Shown: positions 60,532 through 64,000 of the stretch, piece by piece
Layout: each line of letters begins with the position of its first letter
How positions within the stretch are numbered: position 1 is the first letter of the stretch
NCBI GenBank assembly: GCA_030390025.1
Contig: CM059453.1
Coordinates: forward strand, 6,262,001-6,326,000
Length of the DNA stretch: 64,000 bases
Direction of reading: 5' to 3'
Source of the DNA: Squalus acanthias
Lineage: Eukaryota
Made by a program: the position numbers and the translations under genes
The notes under the pieces: model-generated
The model's database searches: none
What the model saw: the letters and a program-made list of their open reading frames with translations, nothing else
What the model was told of the DNA's origin: nothing

Positions 60532-62722
60532 GTGAGTTTTCCATTTGTTCCTTTTGTACATTTTCACTCCAGTGCTTCAGTATGATTCAACCTATGTGCA
60601 AAGTGGCAAGTATTAAAATGTCCCTGACCGATCTCAAAGGGTAGTTGAAACATAGGGTGCAGGGATACTGATAAGGGACGCAGATGTCTGATATCCTAAA
60701 CACAGAAGTATATTGAAATTACAAGAGTAAAACAGGCCCTTCGGCCAGCCAGTCCGTGTTGCTGTTTGTCCTTCACATGTGCAACACTCCGAATCGCATG
60801 TGAATGCTCAGTTCCCATATCCCTTTATTGCAATTCCCTTCAAACACCTGTCGAGCCTATTCTGAAAACGTCCAAATGAGGATAGATTAGTACTTGTTGA
60901 CTGAACCTAAAACTGACGTTGTAGGTCGTACTTACAATACATAAACCAGCAGCTCATTATTTCCAATGAAATGAAAGGTAATTAAACTAGGGCGGTTGCT
61001 AGAATGGGTGATCTATCTGGAGTGAGAGATTTGACCAGGGCGGCCAGTTCATATTCTACTTAAGTCTGCTTCTATCTCCTCTGTCCCGTTGCTTAATAAG
61101 TTTAAGCACTTCTGTTCAATCATCACAAAATCAGTTTTAAACTAATTAGATCTGCCCCAATTTTTATATATTTTCTTGTCATTTAAACTTCCTCATACCA
61201 GCCAGAAACTACGCGAATCCGCCCTAAATCCTTTCTATAAACTGGAGCCCAATACCCGCACTCTTACTCCAACTGTGAGCTAACTACTGCTCTCGTTCGA
61301 ATCTCCACTATTCTCGAATTTATATTATTGATCTCTTGCCATTAAACCCAGAGCTCCAGAAACATCATCCTACGCTTTCCCACATGAGCTGCTGCTTTTA
61401 CTGTCTCATGAACCTGACCCCAAATTCCTCTGCACTTCCACATCTCCCAGCTTCCTACGGTTCAAATGTAAATCTATTGCCTCATATTTTCTGACCTTCA
61501 ATTATATCTGCCTCTTATCTCCCCATTCTACTATTTCTCCAGTATCCGTTTGTAACTCGCTTTAGTTCTCTAGTTCTCTAGCCTGGGAGTTGTACTTGCA
61601 AGGTTGGCATGGGTGTCAAACTGGCGATATTGGACGCGCCTCTCATTATACACCTCGCCCATTTTTCATTTTGTTGGAATCCAATTAATTCCTGCCGGGA
61701 AATTTTTACATAATTCTCTTTAGCGCATAATCCAAATTATTGATGCACCCAGTGAATAGAAGCAATCCCACAGGACAACACTGTGGGACACCGTACTGGG
61801 ATCCAACTATTCTTAGCAACTGCGGTGAACAGCGATTCGCTGCATCGTCACTTCTAAGCAGTTTATATTGCAATTTCTACCTAATCCTTAATTCCAAAAC
61901 TCTTAATATCTTCTCCAATAATCTGCTGTATTTACCGTCGGCAATGGCTGCTTGATTACATTTCAAGTTACTTTTTGGTGAAGCGTCTTTTGACGTCGCG
62001 AGTACTTAAAAAGCGTTGAATTAATGCAGTCTTTGTTCGTGCCTTTCCCTATCCAGCGCTCATTTACCCGCTTTTAATTAGATCTTAATTAAAAATTAGA
62101 TATTTCAATAACGTGAAAATCAGTTCAAGTTATGATTTCTTTGATCATTCCAATCCCACGGCTACAAATGCTATTTCTGCTGAAGCCTTCTTCAGATTGA
62201 CACTTGAGGAACCTGCTCTGCTTCTCCCACAGAAGGTGGTTTTAACCGTCCTTTCTCTGGTCTGTCCATGTCTTGAGCATTGTCGTTCGATATTGACGTT
62301 TCTTGACAACAGAATCGAGATCTCTCTGGTTCTGCATTAATCTCCATCACATAGGCAATTGCTGGTGCCGAACGAGGTATACGAGAGGATGAAATACTCG
62401 TGACATTTGAGGAGTTAACGTTAATTCTAAGTCCAGCGTGCAAAATTTGTTCACTGGACAATATCCATGATACAAATCATTTGGAGATATAACGACTAAT
62501 GTTTAAATAAGTGTTGCCATATTTTACCCGATGAGGCATAAAACTGCATTACAACTGCGAGGAGTAATTCAGAATGGTGACACACTTGCAACACGTGGCA
62601 GAGAAAAATTAACAAAATTTGATTTTCTTGTTATTTCTTTCACAGATTTAATTGTAAGCCATCGATCACCCGTTTTAACCCTGAAATGTACCTAACAAGC
62701 TGGTTTTCTCCCGTTTTTATAG

Positions 62723-63034
62723 AAAAGCCAGAGATTTCAGGTTCTGGGGAATTGATCGCTGGACAAACTGCACGATTGACCTGTTCCGTCACGCACAACT
62801 GCCCGGATGGCAACCTGAAACTGAAGTGGATTAATTACAATGTGTCCCTTCCTCCCCCAATGGATACTCAAAATGGAGCAGAAATTAAAAATGAAAGTTC
62901 AGGTTCTCGGAAAGTTTCATCCGTCATCATCTTCACACCATCATCTGCTCATGACGGGAAAATTCTGGGATGCTCAATTCTAATTGATGGTATCCCAACT
63001 CCTTCAGCACAAAATCTTACCTTGGAGATTGAAG
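62723..63034 (+). CDS. Gene B C2-set exon 1
   Basis: 312 nt; LTCSVTHNCP...SSVIIFTPSSAHDGKILGC. Confidence 0.93.
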
Positions 63035-63621
63035 GTAAGTGTCCTGTCTAAAGTAAACAGATTTATCCTATCGGACAACCGGCTCCAAATTTTCACTTTT
63101 ACCACAAGTAATTTATCAGGGGTTAGAACTGCATCAACGGATGCATCATGAAAAGCTCAGCCTCTGTACCAGGAGAGCTCACTTCGATAATCAATGGTTC
63201 GGAATGGCTCTCATCTAATTCTCATCAGTCAGATTACATTAGAAACATTCATATCCATGAATCAATGATGCTGCCTCCAACAGATATTTTAATGTGATTG
63301 TTAATCTTTATTCTATGAACTTCCAGTCAGGTTCTGAGTTTAGTCAGTCATAAATGGAAGAAACAAAGGCCATGCCGAGTTACGATCTGAAGCTCGGACA
63401 CCAGATCTCAGCTCTGGTTGGGCTTAATAAAAACTTAAGATTTAGGAAAATGACTTCGCCATACGGCCCATTCGAGCCTGCACCGCCACTCCGGCAAACT
63501 TGTCTGATCATCGAACTCAACACCAATTTCCCGTCCGATCCCCATACCCAATACAATGAATTAATGAAGAACTCAATTATGCTTATTCGACAATCACGTT
63601 TTGCATTAACGCCTGTTTCAG

Positions 63622-63879
63622 ATGGACTGGAAATCCCAACCGTCAACTCCTCTATAGTAGCTGTGGAAGGAAGTTCATTATTATTATACTGCACGGCCTG
63701 TGGGAAACCCCTGGTCAGTTTAAGATTTGTGAAAAATGGTGAAGAGATGAGCAAATCATCCACCGGTGAACTAAAGCAGTTATTCCCCAGCATTCGTTCT
63801 GAAGACGACGGTGAATATTGGTGCATAGCTGAAAATGCTGTGGGCACCAAAAACCGCTCCACACAGATTTCTGTACAAT
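63622..63879 (+). CDS. Gene B C2-set exon 2 (gene continues beyond the window)
   Basis: 258 nt; EGSSLLLYC...EDDGEYWCIAENAVG; |gtaagt donor. Confidence 0.93.
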
Positions 63880-64000
63880 GTAAGTATGCATGAATCTTCA
63901 ATTAGATAGTAGCCTTTCATTTCAAGAATTCTGCATTAAATTCCAATTTTCTCTTGCCTGCTTGCTGGAAGGCCCCCGTGTGCATGAGTTCTGGATAGTT

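Noticed and set aside
63354-63621. N-terminal extension of the 179-aa ORF (and the equivalent at 44067-44178)
   Set aside because: Intronic read-through across a CR1 tail; the real exons start at the AG acceptors (63622 and 44066).
39012-63879. Assigning MAG, CD22, SIGLEC1 or SIGLEC15 orthology, or calling the V exons rearranging Ig/TCR segments
   Set aside because: The four-domain layout and missing Arg fit none of these, so orthology needs a phylogeny. The V exons end in GT donors, and I saw no recombination signal sequences.

Overview
Vertebrate genomic DNA, most likely from a cartilaginous fish (inferred from abundant shark-type CR1/HER1-like LINEs, DeuSINE-like SINEs and Tx1 fragments). 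The core is a birth-and-death cluster of Siglec/MAG/CD22-like Ig-superfamily receptor genes. Gene A (minus, 48182->39012) has a leader, V-set, three C2-set, TM and two tail exons. Gene B (plus, from 59470, running off the window) is its recent inverted duplicate. Pseudogenes C (minus, 51397->50607) and D (plus, 24779->27165) retain only leader and V exons and lie in an older inverted duplication. Gene A looks like an inhibitory receptor converted toward an activating one: an Arg in the TM segment, a +1 frameshift just before its ITIM/ITSM-like motifs, and a LINE inserted at the old stop codon. It also has a 1-bp deletion in its V exon. None of the four V domains keeps the sialic-acid-binding Arg, and the A/B V exons are more diverged than their introns. 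The first 5.6 kb is a pol-less LTR retroelement (minus strand) whose degenerate gag ends in a UGA-CUAG readthrough context, followed in frame by a second copy of the Gag coiled-coil domain instead of pol. Also present: a palindromic Penelope-type insert with back-to-back hammerhead cores, a solo LTR, a MITE, two satellites flanking a consensus CTCF site, and many LINE/SINE fragments. Family names come from motif recognition, not database searches; TE fragment boundaries are approximate.
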